Made by a program: the position numbers and the translations under genes
NCBI GenBank assembly: GCA_965279525.1
Contig: CBDIIB010000003.1
Coordinates: 480,001 to 544,000, forward strand
DNA: 64,000 nucleotides
Source of the DNA: Tagaea sp.
GTDB taxonomy: Bacteria; Pseudomonadota; Alphaproteobacteria; CACIAM-22H2
Reading direction: 5' to 3'
Part shown: positions 20,630-30,001 of the stretch, piece after piece
How the letters are laid out: each line of letters starts with the position of its first letter
Numbering within the stretch: the stretch's first letter is position 1
Notes under the pieces: model-generated
What the model saw: the letters and a program-made list of their open reading frames with translations, nothing else
The model's database searches: none
What the model was told of the DNA's origin: nothing

Positions 20630-22073
20630 GCGCCGGCTCCGCCTCGTCGAACGCCGGGATCGCCGGATCGACGCGCACGACGTTGGACGGCGGCGAGTGG
20701 CGGCCGGTCCCGTCATAGGCCATCACGTGATAGGTATAGCCGATGCCGCCGAGCGCCAGCTTGTCGGTGTATTTCACACTCTTGACCGCTTCCACGACGC
20801 TCGCCGTGCCGTCGTCCTCGGCGCGGAAGATGTCGTAGCCCGCGATGTCGCCCAAAGCACGCGCCCATGACAGCTTGACCGTGCCCTTGTCGATCGTCGC
20901 CTTCAGGCCCGCACCGCCGGCCGGCCATTGGGGTGCATCCTTCGACAGGTCCTCGACGGGTGCCTGCGTGTAGCCCTTGGGCCACAGGAAGCAGCTCACC
21001 AGCTTGAAATTCTCGTCGAGCTGCTTGCACACGTTGCAGTAGATGCAGCGCAGGATCGCGTCCTGGCGCTTCTCTTCCACCTTGCGCACCCACGCCGGAT
21101 CGGCGAGGAGCTGGCGGGCCATGCCGATCATGTCGGCCTTGCCGTCGGCAAGCAGGCGCTCGGCATCGGCGGGCTCGCTGATCTTGCCGACCGAGACGAC
21201 GGGCACGTCGAAGCCGTGGCGGTTGATGAACTGCTTGATGCCTGCGGCAAGATGCACATGCGGCATCGGCGGGTACTGCTCGCCCGGCATGCAGCGGTCG
21301 CCCGAATAGCCGGTGTAGGGATAGAGCGGCGAGCCTTCCTTCTGGACGGCATCCTCGAACTTGCCGCCGACGGAAAGCGAGATGTAATCCACACCAAGCT
21401 GCGCCATGCGCAGCGCGATGCGCTGGCTGTCGGGCAGCGCGTATCCGTCCTTGATGGCTTCTTCCGCGAGGAAGCGCACGCCGACGGGGAAGTCCTTGCC
21501 CACGGTCTGGCGCACGCGCGCCATCACGCGCCCGAACATGCGCAGGCGGCCTTCCAGCGTGCGCCCGTCGAAACCGTCGCGCCGAGGATTGCGCCGCGAC
21601 AGGAACGAGGACAGCGTATAGGCGTGCGCCGAATGGAGTTCCACCCCGTCGTAGCCTGCCTCGCGCGCGCGCGCGGCGGCCGTGCCGAAGGCTTCGACGA
21701 TGCCGTCGATGTCGGCATCGGTCAGCATGTCGATCGTCTGGCGCCAGCCCGAGCGCGCGACCTTCATGAAGTGGATGATCTGCGGCACGATCTTCGACGG
21801 GCCGGCATCTTTGACCTGTTTGACGAGATCGCGGTGGCCGGGGACGAAATCGTCGCGCGACAGGCGCAGCAGCGGCCCCGATTTCGATTCATGCACCGCC
21901 GTCGCCTCGACGACGATCAGCCCGACATGGCCGGCGGAGTAGCGCACATAGCGGTCGATGATGCCCTGGTTGACGAAGCCGTCCTCGCCCGACAGCCGCG
22001 TGACCATCGCAGGCACCAGCACCCGGTTGGGAACGGTCATCGTGCCGACGCGCAAGGGTTCGAGCAGTTTCAT
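20622..22073 (-). CDS. NADH:flavin oxidoreductase (Old Yellow Enzyme family) with a CX2CX2CX11C motif and C-terminal fibronectin-III-like domain
   Basis: PNRVLVPAM, GYDGVELHSAHAY, MARQLLADP, CIYCNVC-x11-C; tail VKLSW...GYDIFR...YTD...YTYHVMAYDGTG. Confidence 0.85.
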   Translation of the reverse strand: MKLLEPLRVGTMTVPNRVLVPAMVTRLSGEDGFVNQGIIDRYVRYSAGHVGLIVVEATAVHESKSGPLLRLSRDDFVPGHRDLVKQVKDAGPSKIVPQIIHFMKVARSGWRQTIDMLTDADIDGIVEAFGTAAARAREAGYDGVELHSAHAYTLSSFLSRRNPRRDGFDGRTLEGRLRMFGRVMARVRQTVGKDFPVGVRFLAEEAIKDGYALPDSQRIALRMAQLGVDYISLSVGGKFEDAVQKEGSPLYPYTGYSGDRCMPGEQYPPMPHVHLAAGIKQFINRHGFDVPVVSVGKISEPADAERLLADGKADMIGMARQLLADPAWVRKVEEKRQDAILRCIYCNVCKQLDENFKLVSCFLWPKGYTQAPVEDLSKDAPQWPAGGAGLKATIDKGTVKLSWARALGDIAGYDIFRAEDDGTASVVEAVKSVKYTDKLALGGIGYTYHVMAYDGTGRHSPPSNVVRVDPAIPAFDEAEPAHG

Positions 22074-22246
22074 TTTTCGCCGACCTCGGCAAGGCATTGG
22101 GGACAAAGACACGTGGCCTGCATGCCGGCTTCGGGAACCGGCATCACGACGTCGACATGCATGCACCAGCAATCGCCCTTCGGATCGCAGGCGAACAGGG
22201 CGCCGCAGCGCACGCAGACAAGCTCGCTCGCGGTCGCGGACGTCAC
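22070..22246 (-). CDS. Cysteine-rich CWC-family small protein (58 aa, 8 Cys)
   Basis: GGAGG RBS, GTG start; [10 protein letters not shown]...DCWC...CLCPQC; 4-nt overlaps with both neighbours. Confidence 0.8.
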   Translation of the reverse strand: MTSATASELVCVRCGALFACDPKGDCWCMHVDVVMPVPEAGMQATCLCPQCLAEVGEK

Positions 22247-23427
22247 GGCGCGGCCTCCGTATCGAAGGCGGCAAGCGTCTGGCCGGCGATGACGAGCTTC
22301 TGGATCTCGCTCGTGCCTTCGTAGATGCGCAGCGCGCGGACTTCGCGATAGAGCCGCTCGACGACGTTGCCGGAAACCACGCCCGTCCCGCCATGGAGCT
22401 GCACGGCCCGGTCGGCCGCGCGCTGGGCCATCTCGGTCGCGTAGAACTTCGCCATCGACGCCTCGCGCGTCACGCGCGGCGCCGCGACGTCCTTCGTCCA
22501 TGCAGCGCGATAGACGAGCAGGGCCGCGGCGTCGATCTCGGTCGCCATGTCGGCGATGGCGGCTTGGGTCAGCTGGAAATCGGCGAGCTTTCCGCCGAAC
22601 GCCTCGCGCGTCTTCGTGTAGGAAATGGCCTCGTCGAGTGCGCGGCGCGCGAACCCCAGGGCAGCCGCCGCGACGGTCGAACGGAAGATGTCGAGCGTGG
22701 CCATCGCGGTCTTGAAGCCTTCGCCCGGCTTGCCGAGCAGGGCCGCGGCCGGCACGCGGCAATCCTTGAACGCGAGCGTGGCGAGCGGATGGGGTGCGAT
22801 GGTGTCGATGCGCGCTTCGACCGTGAGGCCGGGCGCGTCGGCATCGACGACGAATGCCGACAGGCCCTTTGCGCCGGGCGCTTCGCCCGTGCGCGCGAAG
22901 ACGACATAGTGCGCGGCGATCCCGCCGTTCGAGATCCAGGTCTTGCGCCCGTCGAGCACGAAGGCATCGCCGTCGCGCCGGGCGGTCATGCGCAGCGCGG
23001 ACACGTCCGATCCGCCTTCGGGTTCCGACAGCGCAAAAGCCGCAAGGTGTGTGCCGGCGCGCGTGCGCGGCAGGTACTTCGCCTTCTGCGCCTCGGTCCC
23101 GAAAAGCGTGATCGAGCCGGTTCCCAGCCCCTGCATGGCGAACGCGAAATCGGCAAGGCCCGAGCGGTAGGCGAGCGTCTCGCGGATCAGGCACAGGGCG
23201 CGCACGTCGAGCGTGTCGAACGCGCCGCCATGCGACTTCGGCACGGCATAGTCGAGGAAGCCGGCATCGCCGAGCATCCTGGCGAACTTCTTCGTCAACG
23301 CGTCGACATCCGTTTCATTATGCGCCAGCGGCTCGACCTCCCGCTTCGCCCAGTCGTAGAGCTTTGCGGCGAGCGCACGGTGTGCGTCGTCGAAGAACGG
23401 CCAGCCGAGGAAGGAGCGGTCGGGCAT
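22243..23427 (-). CDS. Acyl-CoA dehydrogenase (AbmD-like)
   Basis: [47 protein letters not shown]. Confidence 0.93.
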   Translation of the reverse strand: MPDRSFLGWPFFDDAHRALAAKLYDWAKREVEPLAHNETDVDALTKKFARMLGDAGFLDYAVPKSHGGAFDTLDVRALCLIRETLAYRSGLADFAFAMQGLGTGSITLFGTEAQKAKYLPRTRAGTHLAAFALSEPEGGSDVSALRMTARRDGDAFVLDGRKTWISNGGIAAHYVVFARTGEAPGAKGLSAFVVDADAPGLTVEARIDTIAPHPLATLAFKDCRVPAAALLGKPGEGFKTAMATLDIFRSTVAAAALGFARRALDEAISYTKTREAFGGKLADFQLTQAAIADMATEIDAAALLVYRAAWTKDVAAPRVTREASMAKFYATEMAQRAADRAVQLHGGTGVVSGNVVERLYREVRALRIYEGTSEIQKLVIAGQTLAAFDTEAAP

Positions 23428-24227
23428 CAGTTCCCCTCGAAGACGGGCTTCTGCTTCGCCACGAACGCGCGATAGGCGCGCTCGAAATCGCCGGTCTGCA
23501 TGCAGATCGCCTGTGCCTGCGCCTCGGCCTCGATCGCCTGGTCGACGCCCATGTTCCACTCGTGGTCGAGCGCCTTCTTGGTCATGGCGTGCGCGAAGGT
23601 CGGTCCGTCGGCAAGTTCGCGCGCGAACCCCTGCGCCGCCGCCAGCAGCGCATCGGGCTCGACGAGGCGGTTGTAGAAGCCCCAGCGCTCGCCTTCCTCG
23701 CCGCCCATCGAGCGGCCGGTGAAAAGCAGCTCGGCCGCGCGGCCCTGACCGACGATGCGCGGCAGGATGGCGCACGCCCCCATGTCGCAGCCGGCAAGAC
23801 CGACGCGCACGAACAGATAGGCGACCTTGGCGCGCGCGGTCCCGAAGCGCAGGTCGGCCGCCATCGCGATGGCGGCACCGGCACCCGCGCAGATGCCGTC
23901 GATCGCGGCCACGACCGTCTGCGGGCATCCCCGGATCGCCTTGACGAGATCGCCCGTCATCCGCGTGAAGCGCAGCAGCTCGGGCATCTCCATGCCGACG
24001 AGCGGGCCGATGATCTCGTGCACGTCGCCGCCCGAGCAGAAGTTTCCGCCTGCCCCGGTGATGACGACGCTCTTGACCGCTTCGTCGTGGACGAGATCGC
24101 GGAACAGGTCGCGAAGCTCGGCGTAGCTTTCGAAGGTCAGCGGGTTCTTGCGCTCGGGCCGGTTCAACGTGATCGTCGCGACCTTGCCGTCGACGGACCA
24201 GAGGAAATGCTTCGGCGTGCGGGTCAT
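23427..24227 (-). CDS. Enoyl-CoA hydratase/isomerase (AbmC-like)
   Basis: [45 protein letters not shown]. Confidence 0.92.
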   Translation of the reverse strand: MTRTPKHFLWSVDGKVATITLNRPERKNPLTFESYAELRDLFRDLVHDEAVKSVVITGAGGNFCSGGDVHEIIGPLVGMEMPELLRFTRMTGDLVKAIRGCPQTVVAAIDGICAGAGAAIAMAADLRFGTARAKVAYLFVRVGLAGCDMGACAILPRIVGQGRAAELLFTGRSMGGEEGERWGFYNRLVEPDALLAAAQGFARELADGPTFAHAMTKKALDHEWNMGVDQAIEAEAQAQAICMQTGDFERAYRAFVAKQKPVFEGN

Positions 24228-24706
24228 GCGCGGGCTCCGGCGGCGGATGTCTTGAGCTTGGCGAGCAGGGCGAGCAGGCGCTTGATCTCCGCGGGCTCGA
24301 GTGCGGCGAACGCTTCGTCGATCCAGCGCTCGTGCGTGGGCAGCATCGCCTCGAACGCGCGCTTGCCCGCCGGCGTCAGGCTGACCCTTGCCGAGCGGCG
24401 GTCGCCCGCCTGCGCCTGGCGCACGATCATTCCGTCGGTCACCAGCCCGTCGACGAGCCCGGTCACGTTGCCGGCCGAGACCATCATGCGCTGCGAGAGT
24501 TCGCCCATCGTGAGCCCGTCGGGCTGGCCGCCGTCCTGCGCGCGCGAAAGCTGCGAGAGCACGTCGAAGCGCGGCAGCGTGATCGCGTAGGTTTCGCGCA
24601 GGCCCGCGCGCACGCGCGTCTCGATCAGGTTGGCGCAAGTCAGCAGGCGCAGCCACGCGCGCAGCTGCAGATGTTCGGAATTCTCGTGGCCGCGTTCGCG
24701 ATCCAT
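24224..24706 (-). CDS. MarR-family transcriptional regulator
   Basis: [32 protein letters not shown]...LTPAG. Confidence 0.92.
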   Translation of the reverse strand: MDRERGHENSEHLQLRAWLRLLTCANLIETRVRAGLRETYAITLPRFDVLSQLSRAQDGGQPDGLTMGELSQRMMVSAGNVTGLVDGLVTDGMIVRQAQAGDRRSARVSLTPAGKRAFEAMLPTHERWIDEAFAALEPAEIKRLLALLAKLKTSAAGARA

Positions 24707-24713
24707 GTGGAGG

Positions 24714-25499
24714 CTAGACCTCGCCGCCGGCGACGGGCAGGGCAGCACCGGTAATGCCGGCCGCCGCATCCGAGCACAGATAGGCGACCAGCGAGGCGAC
24801 TTCGTCGGGCTGGACGAGCCGGCCCATCGGGTTTGACGCGGCGAAGCCCTTCACGACGCTGCCGGGATCCGAGCGGGTCTTGAGGGCGACGTTCTGGGCG
24901 GCATCGTGGAGCATCGGCGTGTCGGTATAGCCGGGGCACACGGCGTTGACGGTCACGCCCGTGCGCGCGAGTTCGACGCCGAGCGACCGGGTCAGCCCGA
25001 CCAGCCCGTGCTTTGCCGCCGTATAGGCCGACACGTAGGGGTATCCTTTGAGCCCGGCCGTCGATGCCACGTTCACGACCCGGCCCCAGCCGTCGGCGAC
25101 CATCGCCGGGATCGCCAGCCGGCTTGCCGTGAAGGCCGCCGTGAGGTTCAGCGCGATCATGCGCGCCCACATGTCGGGCTCGGTGCGTCCGATGGGTGCG
25201 GTTTCGGCACCGCCGGCATTGTTCACGAGGATGTCGACATGCTGGCTGCCGGCGGCCGCCGCGAAGGCCTGGCCAAGTGCGATCGCGTCGGTCACGTCGC
25301 AGGCGATCGCGTCGGCGTCGAGCTCGGCGGCCAGCGGGGCAAGACGATGCCGGTCGCGCGCGATCAGGGTGATGCGCGCACCTTGCTCGGCGAGTGCACG
25401 CGCAATGGCCGCACCGATGCCGCGCGAGGCGCCGGTCACGAGCGCGTGATGTCCGGCGAGCGAATGGGCGGGCGGGCGATCGTGTGGCGAACGGGGCAA
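24714..25499 (-). CDS. Short-chain dehydrogenase (AbmB-like 3-hydroxyacyl-CoA dehydrogenase)
   Basis: TGASRGIG, NNAG, YTAAKHG, VCPGYTDT; TTG start 7 nt after GGGAGG. Confidence 0.9.
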   Translation of the reverse strand: MPRSPHDRPPAHSLAGHHALVTGASRGIGAAIARALAEQGARITLIARDRHRLAPLAAELDADAIACDVTDAIALGQAFAAAAGSQHVDILVNNAGGAETAPIGRTEPDMWARMIALNLTAAFTASRLAIPAMVADGWGRVVNVASTAGLKGYPYVSAYTAAKHGLVGLTRSLGVELARTGVTVNAVCPGYTDTPMLHDAAQNVALKTRSDPGSVVKGFAASNPMGRLVQPDEVASLVAYLCSDAAAGITGAALPVAGGEV

Positions 25500-25519
25500 G
25501 GCGGGGCCTCCCGGACGAA

Positions 25520-25541
25520 GATATTTTAAGTCTAAAATATC
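25520..25541. promoter_or_regulatory. Palindromic operator, probably for the cluster's MarR
   Basis: GATATTTTA-AGTC-TAAAATATC perfect 9-bp inverted repeat about 20 nt upstream of the first gene. Confidence 0.75.
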
Positions 25542-25570
25542 CCGCCGGTCCCGACAAGTGGCCCCGTGGA

Positions 25571-26239
25571 CTATTTGTGGATGGTGGCGAGCCCCTGCCA
25601 CGACCCGAGGGGTGCCGGGTGTCCGGGCCAACTGCCCATCGTTCGGGCCACCGACGGTGTCTCGACCTGCGATCCCTCGACTTCGATGGCCGACATGAAC
25701 CGGATGTCGTGCGGTGCCGGGGCGGCAAACGGCATCACGAGGCGATGCCAGCCGTCGAAGTGGCCGCCCGTCGCGCGTGCATGCCACGTATAGACGGGGA
25801 CCCGCCGTTCGCGCGCGAGGATATAGACAGCGCGGATCAGAAGTGGCCCGAGCGAACGGCGCACCCGCGCCTCGTCGCCGAGCGTCGCGCCTTCCCAGTC
25901 GCGGCCGTCGCGCTCGGCGACGCGCGAACCGAAAATGCGATAGCGCAGGTCGGTCGTCCCCGGGATCGGGTCGACGACCGTCGAACGCGTGACGACAGCG
26001 CCGAACTCTTCGGTCCGGAAATCGCTCCAGTCCGGAAGCTGGCGGGTACCACGCAGCAGGTGCCAGCGCGTCAGGCACTCGCGATGGACCGCGATGGGGA
26101 CGTCGTCGAGCGTCGGCTCCCAGCATACAATCGGTGGCGCGAACTGCGTGTACTTCTCCAGGATCCCGTTACGGTTTTCCGCAAGCGCCGCGAGCACTTC
26201 TTCGAACGCAGATTCCAAGTCGGCGATGAGCGTGCCCAC
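25571..26239 (-). CDS. PAS_5 (DUF1457)-like domain protein
   Basis: WHLLRGTRQLPDWSDF...LRYRIFGSRV...DWEG...RLVMPF pattern; GGAGG RBS. Confidence 0.7.
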   Translation of the reverse strand: MGTLIADLESAFEEVLAALAENRNGILEKYTQFAPPIVCWEPTLDDVPIAVHRECLTRWHLLRGTRQLPDWSDFRTEEFGAVVTRSTVVDPIPGTTDLRYRIFGSRVAERDGRDWEGATLGDEARVRRSLGPLLIRAVYILARERRVPVYTWHARATGGHFDGWHRLVMPFAAPAPHDIRFMSAIEVEGSQVETPSVARTMGSWPGHPAPLGSWQGLATIHK

Positions 26240-26345
26240 CGAATTCCTCCAATTGTATGTCCGTATGCACTACAATCTTCAGAATTATAGCGCGCATGCC
26301 GACTCGACGGAAGCGCTACCAGGAAATTTAAATTTTCCGGGCGTT

Positions 26346-27470
26346 CTAGTTGCCGGGCGGATCGAGGCGCAGCAATGCCCCGTCCTGCGCATCGGTCAGC
26401 AGATGAACGCGGCCGGCTGCATCGACACGCACGTCGCGGATCCGATGTCCGAGGCTGGCCAGCAACTTTTCTTCCCGTATGACCTTGCCGTCGGCAATCT
26501 CCAGCCGGTGCAGGGCGCGGCCGGCAAGTGCGCCGACGAACACCGAACCACGCCACGCCGGAAAGGCGTCGCCGCGATACCAGGCCATGCCCGAAGGTGC
26601 GATCGACGGCGTCCACAGCGTGATGCCGTCTTCGATGCCGGTGCGTGCCGTTGCTTCGCCGATCGGCGTGCCGCTGCCATAGTTCCGGCTGTGCGTCACG
26701 ACAGGCCAGCCATAGTTGCGCCCGCCAAGAAGGCGATTGAGCTCGTCGCCGCCTTGCGCGCCATGGTCCGCTGCCCAAAGCGTACCTGCGGCATCGAGGG
26801 CGAGCGACTGGCTGTTGCGCAGTCCGAGCGCGAATATCTCCGGCCGATAGCCTTCGCGCCCGACGAACGGATTGTCGGCCGGCACGCTGCCGTCGTCTTC
26901 AAGGCGGATCAGCTTGCCGTTGAGATCCCCCGGCCGCTGGGAGCGCATGTCGTCGCGCCGGTCGCCGGTCGTGATGTAGAGCCTGGCGTCGGCGCCGAAG
27001 GCCAGGCGGCCGGCGAAGTGCATCGAGGTCGTGTTCGGCGGACTTGAATCGAAGATCGGGCGCAGGTCCTCGACGCGTCCGTCGCCAAGCCGGCCGCGCG
27101 CCACGCGCGTGACGGTCCCGCCGGCAACCTCGGCGGCATAGCTCAGGTACAGGATCCGGTTTTCGGCAAAGCGGGGATGGAGAGCGATATCGAGCAGTCC
27201 GCCTTGCCCGCGCGCCGCGACCGGCGGGATGCCGGCGAGGGGGGCGGCCTGCAGCGCGCCGCCGGCGACGACGCGCAGACGCCCCGGGCGCTCGGTCACG
27301 AGCATGCGCCCGTCCGGCAGGAAGGCGAGGCCCCACGGATGTTCGAGACCGGCCGCGATCCGCACGACGTGGAAGCGCGCCTTTTCGCTTGCGATGATGT
27401 CCTGCGCTAACGCACCTGCCGGAAGCCCGAGCAGGAGCGCCAGGATCAAGATCGTCCGGAACGCGCGCAT
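26346..27470 (-). CDS. PQQ-dependent aldose sugar dehydrogenase (YliI/GSDH family)
   Basis: Signal peptide; GLEHPWGLAFLPDG, GQGGLLD, GLRNSQ, GGDELN, NYGWP, SIAPSG, RIRDV. Confidence 0.93.
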   Translation of the reverse strand: MRAFRTILILALLLGLPAGALAQDIIASEKARFHVVRIAAGLEHPWGLAFLPDGRMLVTERPGRLRVVAGGALQAAPLAGIPPVAARGQGGLLDIALHPRFAENRILYLSYAAEVAGGTVTRVARGRLGDGRVEDLRPIFDSSPPNTTSMHFAGRLAFGADARLYITTGDRRDDMRSQRPGDLNGKLIRLEDDGSVPADNPFVGREGYRPEIFALGLRNSQSLALDAAGTLWAADHGAQGGDELNRLLGGRNYGWPVVTHSRNYGSGTPIGEATARTGIEDGITLWTPSIAPSGMAWYRGDAFPAWRGSVFVGALAGRALHRLEIADGKVIREEKLLASLGHRIRDVRVDAAGRVHLLTDAQDGALLRLDPPGN

Positions 27471-27537
27471 CCTTGGCCTCCGTTGTGGACATTCTGCGGG
27501 CTTCCGGCACCGCATGGCCATCGGTTAGCATGCCCGC

Positions 27538-29928
27538 ATGTCGATCGCCAAACCGTTCGCCACGCCGGTTCCCGATTCACGCCGGCCGATGGCGCCCGAT
27601 CCGGGTTCGCTGCCGTCGGCGGGCAACCTTGCGATCCTGAAGGCGATCGAACGCAAGGTTCTGTGGCTGTCGAGCTGGACGATCCACAACGCCAACAAGA
27701 TCCGCGCCTCGCGCGACGGGCTCAAGGTCGGCGGCCACCAGGCTTCGTCGGCATCCATGGCGACGCTGATGACGGCGCTCTATTGCGCGGTGCTGCGCCC
27801 GCAGGACCGCGTCGCGGTCAAGCCGCACGCCTCGCCGGTCTTCCATGCGATCCAGTACCTGCTCGGGCACCAGACACGCGAGAAGCTCGAGCGGTTCCGC
27901 GCACTCGGCGGCGCGCAGAGCTATCCTTCGCGCACCAAGGACATCGACGACGTCGATTTTTCGACCGGCTCGGTCGGGCTCGGCGTGGCCGAGACGCTGT
28001 TCGCCTCGATCACCCAGGATTACGTGCGCCTCAAGGGGCTTGCCGCACCCGATTGGCCGGAGGGCCGGATGATCGCGCTGGTCGGCGATGCCGAGTTCGA
28101 CGAGGGGAACATCTTCGAGGCGATGCTCGAAGGCTGGAAGCACGACGTGCGGAATCTCTGGTGGATCATCGACTACAATCGGCAGAGCCTCGACAGCACC
28201 GTCTCCGACCATCTGTTCCAGCGCATCGTCGGCACGTTCGAATCGATCGGCTGGCGCGTCATCGTCCTGAAATACGGCAAGCTTCTGGAAGCGGCATTCG
28301 CGCGGCCGGGCGGGGAAGCGCTGCGCCGGTGGATCGACGAATGTCCGAACTCGCTCTATTCGGCCCTCACCTACAAGGGCGGCCCTGCGTGGCGCCAGTC
28401 GCTCGAGCGCGATCTGGGCAGCGAGCCGGGCATCCGCGAGATCCTCGCTTCCTACAACGACGACGACGCGCTCCACCGGCTGATGACGAACCTCGCCGGG
28501 CACGACATGGAAAGCGTGCTCGAGGCCTATGCCGACGCCGCGTCGACCGACCGGCCGACCGTGATCGTCGCATACACGATCAAGGGGCACGGGCTCGCCT
28601 TTGCCGGGCACAAGGACAACCATGCCGGCTTGATGAACGCCGAGCAGATCGACGGGTTCCGCCGGACGATGGGGATCGCACCCGGTGCCGAGTGGGACCG
28701 GCTTTCCGGTTTCGACGATCCCGCAGCGGCCGAGCGGTTCCTGGCACAGGTGCCGTTCGCGAAGGTTTTCCCGCGCCGTCTGGCGACGTCGCCGGTTCCC
28801 ATCCCCGACGACTTCCCGATCCCGGTCGCGGACAGGCCGACGAGCACGCAGGAAGGCTTCGGGCGCGTGCTCTACGAGCTTGCCGGCGGCAGCAGCGAAC
28901 TGGCGCGGCGCATCGCCACGACGTCGCCGGACGTCACGGTGTCGACCAATCTCGGCGGCTGGGTCAACCGGCGCGGGATCTTCGACCGGCACGATCGCAC
29001 CGACACGTTCAAGGCCGAGAAGGTCGTCTCCGCACAGTCGTGGAACATGAGTCCCGCCGGCCAGCATGTCGAACTCGGCATCGCGGAGAACAACCTGTTC
29101 TTGATGCTGGGTGCGCTTGGCCTCGCCGGCGACCATTTCGGCGCGCGCCTGCTGCCGGTCGGCACGCTCTACGACCCGTTCATCAACCGAGGTCTCGATG
29201 CGCTGACTTATGCCTGCTACCAGGACGCGCGCTTCATCGTCGTGGCGACACCCTCGGGCGTGACGCTTGCCCCCGAGGGCGGCGCCCACCAGTCGGTCGG
29301 CACGCCCTTGGTCGGGATCGGTGCGCCGGGGCTCGTCTATTTCGAGCCGGCCTTCGTCGATGAACTTGCCCACATCCTTCGCTGGGGTTTCGCGCACATG
29401 CAGGCGCCGGACGGTGCTTCAGTCTATCTGCGCCTGTCGACGCGCCCGCTTGTCCAGCCGGTACGCGCGGACAGTTCGTGGATCGCCGACTGTCTGGCCG
29501 GCGCCTACTGGCTGGTGGAACCGGCGCCGGGGAGCGAACTGGCGGTCGCCTATGTCGGGCCGGTGGCGCCCGAAGCCATCGAGGCGCACGCAGCGCTGCT
29601 TGAAGACGTGCCGGGGGCGGGGCTTCTCGCCGTGACCTCGCCCGACCGGCTGCACGCGGACTGGCGCATGCGCGGGGCCGACGGCCATGCGGCGCGGCTG
29701 CTGGCGCGGCTGGCATCCGATGCGGGGATCGTCACCGTCATCGACGGGCATCCGGCGGCGCTGTCGTGGCTGGGTGGTGTGTCGGGCCAGCGCGTGCGGG
29801 CACTGGGCGTGGAAAGTTTCGGCCAGTCGGCCGACATTCCGGATCTCTATCGCCTCAAGGGTCTCGATGCCGGGGCCATTCTCGATGCGGCGGCGGCATT
29901 GCTCGTCGATCGCGCGCGCGCCAAATGA
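27538..29928 (+). CDS. TPP-dependent 2-oxoacid dehydrogenase E1, AceE-like/transketolase fold
   Basis: KVGGHQASSAS, KPHASP, STGSVGLG, GDAEFDEG, GIAENN, PEGGAHQS. Confidence 0.88.
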   Translation: MSIAKPFATPVPDSRRPMAPDPGSLPSAGNLAILKAIERKVLWLSSWTIHNANKIRASRDGLKVGGHQASSASMATLMTALYCAVLRPQDRVAVKPHASPVFHAIQYLLGHQTREKLERFRALGGAQSYPSRTKDIDDVDFSTGSVGLGVAETLFASITQDYVRLKGLAAPDWPEGRMIALVGDAEFDEGNIFEAMLEGWKHDVRNLWWIIDYNRQSLDSTVSDHLFQRIVGTFESIGWRVIVLKYGKLLEAAFARPGGEALRRWIDECPNSLYSALTYKGGPAWRQSLERDLGSEPGIREILASYNDDDALHRLMTNLAGHDMESVLEAYADAASTDRPTVIVAYTIKGHGLAFAGHKDNHAGLMNAEQIDGFRRTMGIAPGAEWDRLSGFDDPAAAERFLAQVPFAKVFPRRLATSPVPIPDDFPIPVADRPTSTQEGFGRVLYELAGGSSELARRIATTSPDVTVSTNLGGWVNRRGIFDRHDRTDTFKAEKVVSAQSWNMSPAGQHVELGIAENNLFLMLGALGLAGDHFGARLLPVGTLYDPFINRGLDALTYACYQDARFIVVATPSGVTLAPEGGAHQSVGTPLVGIGAPGLVYFEPAFVDELAHILRWGFAHMQAPDGASVYLRLSTRPLVQPVRADSSWIADCLAGAYWLVEPAPGSELAVAYVGPVAPEAIEAHAALLEDVPGAGLLAVTSPDRLHADWRMRGADGHAARLLARLASDAGIVTVIDGHPAALSWLGGVSGQRVRALGVESFGQSADIPDLYRLKGLDAGAILDAAAALLVDRARAK

Positions 29929-29959
29929 AAAGGGCCCCGCCGGCGCGCGGGGCCCTTCT
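29928..29959. terminator. Bidirectional terminator between convergent genes
   Basis: AAGGGCCCCGC-N6-GCGGGGCCCTT with A run on the left. Confidence 0.8.
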
Positions 29960-30001
29960 ATTGTTGGCTCGGTGGTTTGTCGACGTCAGCCGTACGTTGC
30001 C

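Noticed and set aside
24714-26126. 470-aa ORF-track extension of the SDR as a fusion protein
   Set aside because: The extension overlaps the PAS_5 gene and the operator; an RBS-supported TTG at 25499 gives a normal 261-aa SDR.
26322-26338. Imperfect AT palindrome GGAAATTTAAATTTTCC upstream of the PAS_5 gene
   Set aside because: Single, low-complexity and not assignable to a regulator.
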